A stretch of DNA of 64,000 nt from an uncultured Candidatus Binatia bacterium (GTDB lineage Bacteria > Desulfobacterota > Binatia > UBA9968 > JAJDTQ01), in assembly GCA_965242525.1 (NCBI GenBank), contig OZ251459.1, forward strand, positions 1,760,001 through 1,824,000. Direction: 5' to 3'. A model generated the notes under the pieces. It was not told the DNA's origin, ran no database searches, and saw only the letters and a program-made list of their open reading frames with translations. Shown in pieces: positions 8,253-16,954 of this stretch; the stretch's first letter is position 1; each line of letters begins with the position of its first letter. The translations under genes and the position numbers were made by a program.

Positions 8253-10354
8253 CCCTGGGATTCCTCTATCCGTTGTACTTGGCGGCCCTGGCCGCCGCGG
8301 TGGTCCCGCTGGTGATCCACTTGCTGAACCGGCGCCGGCAGAGGCGGCTGCGCTTCCCCGCGGTGAGGTTCGTGCTCGTCTCCCAGCGGCGGGTGGCGCG
8401 GTCCTACCACCTGCGGTACTGGCTGCTGCTCGCGGTCCGCACCCTTGCCATCGTCTTCCTGGCGCTGCTCATGGCGCATCCCCTGTTCGAGACCGGCGTG
8501 GGGCTGGCGGTCCGGGGCGCGCCGGCGTCCACCGTCGTGGTCGTGGACAACTCCCTGAGCATGCAGGTGCGGGAGGACGGAGCCCCGTTCGCAGAGGCGA
8601 AACAGGCCGCGGCGCGCATCCTCGAGGCCATGGACGAGGACGACCAAGCGGCGCTCGTCCCCACCAATCCGGTGGGCCGCGGGGGGCCGCGCTTCCGGGC
8701 GCCGCAGGAGGCCGCCATCGAGGACCTGGAGCCCCTGGCCGGCGCCGCGGGCGTAGCGGACGTGGCCGGGGCCCTGCGCACGGCCTACGGGCTGCTGCGG
8801 CAGGCCGGGGGACAGAAGGCCCTGTGGGTGGTCACGGACCTGGGGTTGCCGGGCTGGGACCGCCTGTCCCTGTCGGCCGTGGGCGAGTACGACCCCACCG
8901 TTCCCGTGAAGATCGTCACCGTGGGCTCGGCCGACGCCCCTCCCAACGCCACCATCGAGGGGGTCGAGTCCCGGACGGACCACGTGGCTCCGGGACTCGA
9001 CCTGGAGCTTGCGGCCACCCTCGTCAACTACACGGACGCGGCCATCCCGGACGTGGCCGCGCGCCTCACCATCGACGACCAGGTACGGGCCGAGAAACGG
9101 GTGACCCTGCCGGCCGACGCAAAATCCACGGTGGAGTTCCGGTTCCAACTGGACCGACCGGGCAGCCATTCGGGCTACGTGTCCCTCCACGGCGAAGGGT
9201 TCGCGGGGAACCGGCGCCACTACTTCACCGTCCATACCCGGGACCGGTTGCACGTGCTGCTGGTGGACGGAGACCCGCAGCGGTCCCTGGTGGCCAGCGA
9301 GACGTTCTTCCTGAGCCGCGCCCTGAACCCTGCCGGAGACCTTGCGAGCTCGGTGCTGCTGCCCGAGGTGGTCCTTCCCGGCGCCCTGGACCAGGTAACC
9401 CCCGACGGCTACCAGGGCATCGTCCTGGCCAACGTGGCCACCGTGCCCGCGGCCCTGGCGGCCAGGTTGACCGCGTTCGTCGAAGGCGGCGGCGGCCTGC
9501 TGCTGTCCCTGGGGGACCGGGTGGCGGCCGAAGACTACAACCGGACCCTGTGGCGCAGCGCCACGCCGCTCCTTCCCGGCCCCCTGGGGGAACGCCGGAG
9601 GGCGCCGCTGGACCGGCGCGTGACCGTGGGAGAAGTGGACGCGGAGCATCCCGCCCTGGGCGCCTTCGGCCACGAGCGGCTGCTGGACTCGCTGCGGTCG
9701 GCCAGGGTCTCGTCCTGGTTCGAGGCGGACCCGGCAGGGGGGCGCACCCTGATGCGCCTGAGCAACGGCCAGCCGCTGCTGGTGGAGAAGGAGCTCGGAC
9801 GGGGCCGCGTCCTCCTGCTCACCTCCAGCGCGGACATGGACTGGAACGACCTGCCGCTCAAGACCGGCTACGTGCCGCTGGTCCGTTCCCTGGTGACCCA
9901 CGCCGCCGGCGGGAACCGGGGCTCGGTGGACACCGGGACCACCGCTGGGACCACGAAACGGTGGACCGCGGACCCGGCCCACGCGGGCGCGCCGCTGCAG
10001 GTGGTGGATCCCGGGGGCACGGAGAGGCGGGTCGTCCTGGAGACCCGGGACGGGAAGGCGTCCGCGGCCTTCGACGGGAACCATTTCGCGGGGATCTACC
10101 GGGTGGTCTCCCCGGAGGCGGGCCCGGACCTCCCCGGAATCTACGCCGTGAACCCTCCGGCCGCGGAATCGCTGCTGGAGCGCATGGGCGCCGACGAGCT
10201 GGAACGGAAGCTCGGCCCCGTGGTCCACCAGGTCCTTGCCGCGGGCGCCCTGTCCGGGGGCGGCAGCCGGACGGACCTTGCGCTGGCGCTGGCGGTGACC
10301 ACCCTCCTGACGCTGCTCTTCGAGAGCTGGCTGGGACAGAGGAGCCATGAATAG
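8249..10354 (+). CDS. BatA N-terminal double-TM + VWA membrane protein
   Basis: GTG overlaps the DUF58 stop (GTGA); FLYP...PLVIHLLNRRR...FPA, VVDNSLSM MIDAS, C-terminal TM. Confidence 0.88.
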   Translation: MTLGFLYPLYLAALAAAVVPLVIHLLNRRRQRRLRFPAVRFVLVSQRRVARSYHLRYWLLLAVRTLAIVFLALLMAHPLFETGVGLAVRGAPASTVVVVDNSLSMQVREDGAPFAEAKQAAARILEAMDEDDQAALVPTNPVGRGGPRFRAPQEAAIEDLEPLAGAAGVADVAGALRTAYGLLRQAGGQKALWVVTDLGLPGWDRLSLSAVGEYDPTVPVKIVTVGSADAPPNATIEGVESRTDHVAPGLDLELAATLVNYTDAAIPDVAARLTIDDQVRAEKRVTLPADAKSTVEFRFQLDRPGSHSGYVSLHGEGFAGNRRHYFTVHTRDRLHVLLVDGDPQRSLVASETFFLSRALNPAGDLASSVLLPEVVLPGALDQVTPDGYQGIVLANVATVPAALAARLTAFVEGGGGLLLSLGDRVAAEDYNRTLWRSATPLLPGPLGERRRAPLDRRVTVGEVDAEHPALGAFGHERLLDSLRSARVSSWFEADPAGGRTLMRLSNGQPLLVEKELGRGRVLLLTSSADMDWNDLPLKTGYVPLVRSLVTHAAGGNRGSVDTGTTAGTTKRWTADPAHAGAPLQVVDPGGTERRVVLETRDGKASAAFDGNHFAGIYRVVSPEAGPDLPGIYAVNPPAAESLLERMGADELERKLGPVVHQVLAAGALSGGGSRTDLALALAVTTLLTLLFESWLGQRSHE

Positions 10355-11108
10355 GCGCAGGTTCCTGCAGCGCGTGCTGGCCGCGGCCGCGGCCTGGGGA
10401 GGACCCGGCGTCCTCCGGGCCGCGGAGGAGCCGCGCCCGGACCGGTTCGTGTTCGCGCAACTGCGCTACCGCGGGGGAGACTGGGACCCCCGGCCCGGGG
10501 CCGCCGCCCCCATGATGCGGGAGCTCATGCGCCGGACCAGCGTGCGGGCCGACCTCCGACGCCGAGTGGTCACCCTGGCCGACCCGGAACTGTTCTCGTT
10601 CCCGTTCCTCTACATGGCCGGCAAGTACGACTTCCAGCCGTTCTCCGACCGCGAGGTCCGGCGCCTGCGGCGGTTCCTGTCCTTCGGCGGGTTCCTGCTC
10701 GCCGACAACACCCTGGGGCAACTGGGCTACGGCTTCGACCGGCGCTTCCGCCAGGAGATGCAACGGGTGTTCCCCGAACGGGAGCTGCGGAAGATCCCCC
10801 TGACCCACGCGCTGCTGCGGAGCTACTACCTGCTCCGACGGATCGGCGGGCGCGTGGCCGCCAGCCCCTACCTCGAGGGGATCCGACTCGGCGAGACCAC
10901 GCCGGTGGCCTATTGCCACAACGACCTGGCCGGCGCATGGGAACAGGACGGGCTGGGGCGCTGGAGCCATCCGTGCGTTCCCGACGGCGAAGCGCAGCGG
11001 CGGGACGCCTTCCATCTCGGCGTCAACCTGGTCCTCTACGCCATGACCGGCAACTACAAGCAGGACCTGATCCACGTGCCCTTCATCCGGCGGCGGCTGA
11101 CGCAGTAG
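10347..11108 (+). CDS. DUF4159 protein with Tat-like signal
   Basis: MNRRRFL twin-Arg; GGDWDP, FPFLYM, GGFLLAD, GVNLVLYAMTGNYKQD. Confidence 0.88.
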   Translation: MNRRRFLQRVLAAAAAWGGPGVLRAAEEPRPDRFVFAQLRYRGGDWDPRPGAAAPMMRELMRRTSVRADLRRRVVTLADPELFSFPFLYMAGKYDFQPFSDREVRRLRRFLSFGGFLLADNTLGQLGYGFDRRFRQEMQRVFPERELRKIPLTHALLRSYYLLRRIGGRVAASPYLEGIRLGETTPVAYCHNDLAGAWEQDGLGRWSHPCVPDGEAQRRDAFHLGVNLVLYAMTGNYKQDLIHVPFIRRRLTQ

Positions 11109-11247
11109 GGAACCTCTGAACAATCGAGACATCCAGGATGGATTTCCGATTCCCGCACCCTGACCCCTTGTTTCCGTTCGTCCTGAGCGTAGCGAAGCGG
11201 AGTCGAAGGACGCTCTCATGCACTCTGCCCGATCGTTCAGAGGTTCC
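11109..11247. mobile_element. MITE copy 2
   Basis: TIR GGAACCTCTGAACAATCG / CGATCGTTCAGAGGTTCC (17/18 match); flanks GTAG/GCAG; same core as copy 1. Confidence 0.78.
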
Positions 11248-11328
11248 GCAGGAAGGTCCGGCGTGACGGCATGAGACCAGGTCGTGTGACATCCGGGGGG
11301 TTTCGGCGCGCCGCGGCGCGGGCGTGAG

Positions 11329-13566
11329 ATGGCCGGGATTCCCGACATCGCTTTCGGCGGAGGCGTGCCCGGGTGGCTGGCCGCGGCGTTGGCGCTGGCC
11401 GCGGCGGCGTTCCTCGCCCATCAATTCCGGTTCCTGCGCCGGAGCCTGGGCCCCGGCAAGGCGTGGCCGTTGACGCTGCTGCGCGCCCTGGTCTATGCGC
11501 TGCTGCTGCTGTTCCTGCTGGGTCCCACGCGCACGGTGGAGGAGCCCACGTCCCTGCGCCGCCCGCTGGTGGCGCTGGTGGACGCCTCCGCGAGCATGGG
11601 GCTGCCTTCGGGCGCCGGCCCCGGGAGCCGCCTCGACGCCGCCAGGGAAGTGCTGGCCGAGCCGGGCCTCACCCGCGGGCTCGCGCGCCGGTACGACCTC
11701 AAGCTCTACTCGTTCGACCGGGAGACCCGCCTCCGGAGCATGGACGAGCTCGCCGGCATGGCGCCGGACGGCGACGCCAGCCGGCTCTTCCACGCCCTGG
11801 AGCAGGTGGCCGCAAGCGAGCCGGAAGCGGCCGGCGTCATCGTGGTCTCCGACGGCATCGTCAACCCCGGGGACGCCCCGGAGACCTTCCCCGGCCACCC
11901 GAAGCCGGTGCTGGCCGTGGGGGTGGGACGGAAGGACGGTTTCAGGGACCTGCGCATCACCCGCCTGCGCGCCCCGGAGATGGCCTTCCGCGGCCGCGCC
12001 GTCGCCATCGACTTCACCATCCGGGCCCACGGACTGGCCGGCGTCCAGGCGCCCCTGTACTTCAACGTGGGCCGGAACCTGGTCTCCACGCACCCCGTCA
12101 CCATCCCTGACGACGACTATGAGGAGCGAATGACGCTCCACTATACGCCCCGGGATCTGGGCGCCCACGGCTTTACCCTGACCCTGCCGGTCCAGGAGGG
12201 CGAGAGCATCCGCAGCAACAACCGGAAGGCCTTCCGCATGGACGTGCGACCGGACAAGATCCGGGTGCTGACCCTGTCGGGGTCGCCCTCCTGGAACTAT
12301 CGGTTCCTGCGGTTCGCACTGAAGCAGGACCCCTTCCTGGAGTTGGTGTCGTTCGTCTTCCTGAGGACGCCCGACGACTCGGTGGACGTGCACGAGAACG
12401 AGCTGAGCCTGATCCCCTTTCCCATCGACCAGATCTTCGTCGAGGAGATCGACGACTTCGACGTGCTGATCCTCGACAACTTCTCCCACCGGGCCTATTT
12501 CAACCCGGTCTATTTCGAGAGGATGCGCGACTTCGTGCGCGATGGCGGCGGCATCGCCGTCCTCGGCGGGTCCCGGGCCTTCGACCGGGGCGGATACCAT
12601 GAGACGGCCCTGGCCTCCCTGCTGCCGGTGAAGCTCGACGGCCGCGGGGACTTCGAGACCGGCGTGGCCGCCCGCGCCTCCCTGACCCGGGCGGGCAAGG
12701 CCCATCCGCTGACGCGGGTGTTCGCCGACCCGGACGCCAACCGGGAGGCCTGGAGCGGGCTGCCGCCCCTGAGGACCCTCAACCGGGTGGCCCGGGCCGA
12801 CGGCGAGGTGCTGCTGTCGGCATCGGTAGGGGGACGGCAGTCGCCCCTCCTGACGGTAGGGAAGTTCCACCGGGGACGGACCCTGGCCTTCACCAGCGAC
12901 GACCTCTGGCGCTGGAACTTCGATGCGGTGGGCCGGGACCGGAACCCCCAGGTCCACCTGAAGCTCATCCGCAACGGCGTGCGCTGGCTGGCCCGGGATC
13001 CCGCCTTCGACCAGGTGCAGGTGCTGGCGGTCGGGGGGTCCGGGGGAGTCGGGGCAAAGCGCGAGTTCCGGGTCCGGGTGTTGCGGGACGACCACGAGCC
13101 GGCCGTGGACGCCACCCTCGACGCCGCGGTGACCGACCCGGAAGGCCAACGGACTCCGCTGGAGGCCGCGGCCACCGAACGGCCCGGCGAGTACCGGGCC
13201 GAGTTCACCCCGCGTCTCGAAGGACCCCACCGGGTCGAAGTCCGGGCGGCCTCGTCCGACGGTCCCCTGGGAAGCGCCGCGGCCAACTTCCTCGTGGCGC
13301 TGGGGTCGGAGGAGAACGACGACGGGCGCCCGCGGCCCGAGTTGCTGCAAGCCGTGGCGGCCCGGAGCCACGGCCTGTTCGCCTTCCACGAGACCTTGAC
13401 GGACGCGCACTGGTCGGAGTTCGAGGAGAGGATGGAGCGGGCCGCGCCGTCGAGCATCGTGGCGAGGAGCCGCGTGGCCCTGTGGAACGAGCCGCTCGTG
13501 TTCGCCCTGGCGGTCCTCCTGCTGGCCGCGGAATGGTGGCTGCGGCGCACCTGGGGACTGGCGTGA
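11329..13566 (+). CDS. VWA / glutamine-amidotransferase-like membrane protein of DUF58-BatA clusters
   Basis: Two N-terminal TMs, LVDASASM, VVSDG, C-terminal EWWLRR. Confidence 0.8.
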   Translation: MAGIPDIAFGGGVPGWLAAALALAAAAFLAHQFRFLRRSLGPGKAWPLTLLRALVYALLLLFLLGPTRTVEEPTSLRRPLVALVDASASMGLPSGAGPGSRLDAAREVLAEPGLTRGLARRYDLKLYSFDRETRLRSMDELAGMAPDGDASRLFHALEQVAASEPEAAGVIVVSDGIVNPGDAPETFPGHPKPVLAVGVGRKDGFRDLRITRLRAPEMAFRGRAVAIDFTIRAHGLAGVQAPLYFNVGRNLVSTHPVTIPDDDYEERMTLHYTPRDLGAHGFTLTLPVQEGESIRSNNRKAFRMDVRPDKIRVLTLSGSPSWNYRFLRFALKQDPFLELVSFVFLRTPDDSVDVHENELSLIPFPIDQIFVEEIDDFDVLILDNFSHRAYFNPVYFERMRDFVRDGGGIAVLGGSRAFDRGGYHETALASLLPVKLDGRGDFETGVAARASLTRAGKAHPLTRVFADPDANREAWSGLPPLRTLNRVARADGEVLLSASVGGRQSPLLTVGKFHRGRTLAFTSDDLWRWNFDAVGRDRNPQVHLKLIRNGVRWLARDPAFDQVQVLAVGGSGGVGAKREFRVRVLRDDHEPAVDATLDAAVTDPEGQRTPLEAAATERPGEYRAEFTPRLEGPHRVEVRAASSDGPLGSAAANFLVALGSEENDDGRPRPELLQAVAARSHGLFAFHETLTDAHWSEFEERMERAAPSSIVARSRVALWNEPLVFALAVLLLAAEWWLRRTWGLA

Positions 13567-13631
13567 CCGGCGGGTCCCCTGGTGAGCGGACCGCGGGGGC
13601 GAGGACGCCCGCGGGTCCGGCCTCGGCGCGC

Positions 13632-14279
13632 CTAGGACCAACTGTCCTGATATACCCAGCGGTCGAGGTTGTCGAAGTACTGGCGCCGCAGCATGAGGCT
13701 CATCTCCACCGCCCGCGCCACCCGGTCCTGGATCTCGGGGGTGGTGGCGTACTTGACCAGCAGCTCGAAGGGATAGTTGCCGTGCTGTTCCTCGTCGTCG
13801 TGGATGCGCTGGTACGGCCCGGTCACCCACTCCGGCACGGTGCCGGCGGCGAGGCTCTTGGCGATGAGGTAGTCGGCCACCCCTTCCCCGGCGAACGGGA
13901 ACGCGGCGACCCGCTCGCAGGTTTCCGACAACGCCTCGAACCCGTTGAACATCCCCATCTGGGCGGGCAGGGGACGGTAGTCGTAGGGCGTTGCGCCCTT
14001 GCCCTTCAGGGCCTCCGAAAGGTACTCCGCGTGGACGAACTCCTCGTGGATGGCCTCCGCCAGTATGGCCTTGACCTCCAGCTCCGGCGTGGTCTTGAGC
14101 CACGAGCCGAAGACCTCCGCGGCGCGGACTTCGTTGAACAGCCGGCTCTGCATCACCTTGATGCGCATCTCGTCCGTGGTGAGCGGGACGTAGCTGTAGG
14201 CGGGCAGGCTTTCGTCCAGCCCCTTGCAGAACTCGGCGACCCGCTGCTGCACCTTCCCGGCGAATTCGTGACTGTCCAT
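13632..14279 (-). CDS. Ferritin-like (diiron carboxylate) protein
   Basis: E..EEFVH..E..DEEQH ligand pattern; GGGGAG RBS before ATG at 14279. Confidence 0.78.
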   Translation of the reverse strand: MDSHEFAGKVQQRVAEFCKGLDESLPAYSYVPLTTDEMRIKVMQSRLFNEVRAAEVFGSWLKTTPELEVKAILAEAIHEEFVHAEYLSEALKGKGATPYDYRPLPAQMGMFNGFEALSETCERVAAFPFAGEGVADYLIAKSLAAGTVPEWVTGPYQRIHDDEEQHGNYPFELLVKYATTPEIQDRVARAVEMSLMLRRQYFDNLDRWVYQDSWS

Positions 14280-14392
14280 GAGAGCTCCCCTGCGGAACCT
14301 TGCGGCGTGGATGCCGGAAGTGATAGCAGCACCCGGGGACACCGTCAACCGGGCGGCCCGTCGGGCAGCGCACGAGACGCGGAAGGGGTCGC

Positions 14393-16129
14393 TCATGGAC
14401 CTCCCTTGCGGCAGAAGTAGGGACCCACGACCAGCACGTCCATCCTGGTGCGGAGGAAGCAGTCGGCAGCCTCGGCCGGATGCTCGACGATCGGTTCGTT
14501 CTCGTTGAAGCTCGTGTTGAGGACCACCGGAATGCCGGTGCGCCCCTCGAACGCCCGGATCAGGTCGTAGTAGAGAGGGTTTTCCTCGCGCGACACGCTC
14601 TGGAGCCGTCCCGTATCGTCCACGTGGTTGACGGCGCACAGGCGCTCCCGCCATGGGGCGCGGATCTTGTAAACGTGCAGCATGAACGGGGACGGGTGGT
14701 CGTGCTCGAACACCTCGGACTGCCTTTCTGCAAGCACAGAGGGGGCAAAGGGCCGGAACGGCTCGCGGTGCTTGATCCGGGCGTTGAGAACCTCCTTCAT
14801 GTCGGGCAGGCCGGGGTGCGCCAGGATGGAACGGTTGCCCAGTGCCCGGGGCCCCCACTCGCTCCTGCCCTGGAACCAACCCACGACGCTTCCGCGCTCG
14901 ATCTCGTCGGCGGTCCGGTCCAGAAGCGCGTCACGGTCCAGCTTCCGATAGACGATCCCCCTGTCCTGCAACGCCCTTTCCATGGTCTCCTGCGAATACT
15001 CCGGCCCCAGGAACGCGTTGGACATCACCCACCGTCTGCCTTCCTTCTTCACCGCGTTGCTGACGTAGAGGGCCGCCCCGAGGGCGAGGCCGTCGTCTCC
15101 CGCAGCCGGCTGGATCACGGTTTCCCTGAACGGGGTCTCGTGGAAGAGCTTGCCGTTCGCCACGCTGTTCAAGGCGCAGCCGCCCGCAAGGCACAAACGG
15201 TCGTTCGGCGCGTTCCGGTAGGCCATGCGAAGCAGGTGCATGTAAACGTCCTCGAAACGCGCCTGCAGGCCGCAGGCGAGGTCCCGGTCGCGTGGCGTGA
15301 TCTCCGCGCCGCGTTGCCGGGGTGCGCCGAACTGCCGCACCATTTCATCCGAATAGTGCCGAGCCAACTTCATGGCGCCATCGTCGGCGATGGAGATCCC
15401 CTGGTTGGCGCCAAACGGGACGAAGTACCTGGGGTTCAACCGCAGTCCGTCGGAGGTCGTTTCGATCATCTCCACGAACGTGGCGCGGTAGCCGTCCTCC
15501 CCCAGGGGCGCCAACCCCATCACCTTGCCCTCATCGCCGTAGCGGTCGTAACCGATGAACTGGCATACCATCGTATAGAGCGCGCCGAGGGACTGGGGCA
15601 CGTGGATGCGGCGCCGGATCCGGATCTCGGACCCCAGGCAATCCGTCATGAGACAAGTGGCGAAGTCTCCGGAACCGTCCACCGTCAGCCCCGTCGCACG
15701 CTCCCATGGCGAGACGAAATACGAACTCGCCGTGTGGGCCAGATGGTGTTCGACATGGTGCTGCTCGAAGCGGAGCAGGTTCGGGTCCACGCCGCAGTGC
15801 CCCGCCACCAGGACCTTGACTTCGTCCAGTGACGAGCGCACGGACCGCAACTTGGCGAAGTTCAGCAACTTGCCGGGATTCCGGGCGACGTAGGCCAACT
15901 TCCGAACACGATTGGCCGACCGGTCGCGGCCCATCGCCACCGCGTCCAGGTCCGAAAAGGTCAAACCGGCGTAGTCGAGGCAACGCCGGATGGAAAGCGC
16001 GGGGAACCCCGCATGGTGCTTCACCCTGTTGAGACGTTCCTCCGCAATGGCGACCACCGGCTCGCCATCCACGACCAGGGCGGCCGCCGCGCCTGCGTGA
16101 AACGCGTTGATCCCGAGAACGACGCTCAT
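14393..16129 (-). CDS. O-carbamoyltransferase, NodU/CmcH family (second paralog)
   Basis: LGINAFH, EERLNRVKH, EHHLAH, EGKVMGLAP, GGCALNS, EWGPRALG, NTSFN. Confidence 0.95.
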   Translation of the reverse strand: MSVVLGINAFHAGAAAALVVDGEPVVAIAEERLNRVKHHAGFPALSIRRCLDYAGLTFSDLDAVAMGRDRSANRVRKLAYVARNPGKLLNFAKLRSVRSSLDEVKVLVAGHCGVDPNLLRFEQHHVEHHLAHTASSYFVSPWERATGLTVDGSGDFATCLMTDCLGSEIRIRRRIHVPQSLGALYTMVCQFIGYDRYGDEGKVMGLAPLGEDGYRATFVEMIETTSDGLRLNPRYFVPFGANQGISIADDGAMKLARHYSDEMVRQFGAPRQRGAEITPRDRDLACGLQARFEDVYMHLLRMAYRNAPNDRLCLAGGCALNSVANGKLFHETPFRETVIQPAAGDDGLALGAALYVSNAVKKEGRRWVMSNAFLGPEYSQETMERALQDRGIVYRKLDRDALLDRTADEIERGSVVGWFQGRSEWGPRALGNRSILAHPGLPDMKEVLNARIKHREPFRPFAPSVLAERQSEVFEHDHPSPFMLHVYKIRAPWRERLCAVNHVDDTGRLQSVSREENPLYYDLIRAFEGRTGIPVVLNTSFNENEPIVEHPAEAADCFLRTRMDVLVVGPYFCRKGGP

Positions 16130-16344
16130 ACACGACCCTCTGCGGCCGCCCTTCCGCCGAACGGCGGCATGCGCCCGTCCCGATGGGACAGGGCCATGGC
16201 CAACCTGTCCCCCGCGGGTTGCGCGCGGCACGGATCGAGACTATACACGAAGCAGTTGGATGGGCCAAAGCCCATGCCGGAAGGAGGCGCCCGGCCCCGC
16301 GGCCGGGACCCGGCGGAGCCTCGTACGGAAGGAGGGAGAGCGTC

Positions 16345-16773
16345 ATGGCCATACGAGTCATGGATCTGGTCGAGAAGGCGCACAGGGACGGGAAACGCGA
16401 GGTGGTGATGAACACCCGGCGCTTCCACAGTTGGGTGCACGTCTATCCGGAGCCCGGCGACAGGGACGACATGCATTGCCACAACGCCGACCAGAGCTTC
16501 TACGTCATCGAAGGCGAGTGCACCATGCACTTTCCCGACGGCGGCAAAGCCGTCCTGAAGCCGGGCATGGCGGCGCTCATCCACGGCGGCGACTTCTACC
16601 AGCTCGAGAACACCGGCGCCGGCCCGATGATCCTCATGGGCAACCGTTCGGGTCCGTCCGAGGACATCAAGCACATCAACTACGAGCTGCGCAGGGACAT
16701 CAAGGAACTGCCCCGGGAAGACCGGGAGCGCATCGGCAGGGGCGGGCCGGTGCACGCGGGCCGGCCGGGATGA
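16345..16773 (+). CDS. Cupin domain protein
   Basis: MHCHNADQSFYVIEGE cupin motif 1; strong GGAGG RBS. Confidence 0.85.
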   Translation: MAIRVMDLVEKAHRDGKREVVMNTRRFHSWVHVYPEPGDRDDMHCHNADQSFYVIEGECTMHFPDGGKAVLKPGMAALIHGGDFYQLENTGAGPMILMGNRSGPSEDIKHINYELRRDIKELPREDRERIGRGGPVHAGRPG

Positions 16774-16954
16774 GGCGTCCGGCCGGAGGCGTCCCGGCCG
16801 GCTTGCGACGGACCCCCCGGGCCTGCCGGAAAGAGCCGGCGGGCCGTCCCTTGAACTGCCCGTCCGGGAACGCTATGGAACCCCTCGGACGCGTGCGGTT
16901 CCCGGCTCCTCCGGAACCCCAGGCGGGACCGGAAGAACCAAGCGGAGGTGAACC

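Noticed and set aside
11083-14373. 1096-aa minus-strand ORF and similar long shadow ORFs (430-2127, 5191-7305, 16700-19288, 25526-28336, 46560-48845, 51753-54794, 59286-63294)
   Set aside because: Antisense or frame-shifted shadows of well-supported genes, low complexity, no motifs; expected at this GC content
16774-16945. GC-rich hairpins upstream of the molybdoenzyme (Moco riboswitch?)
   Set aside because: No recognisable conserved Moco RNA motif or U-tract; hairpins are expected by chance at this GC content
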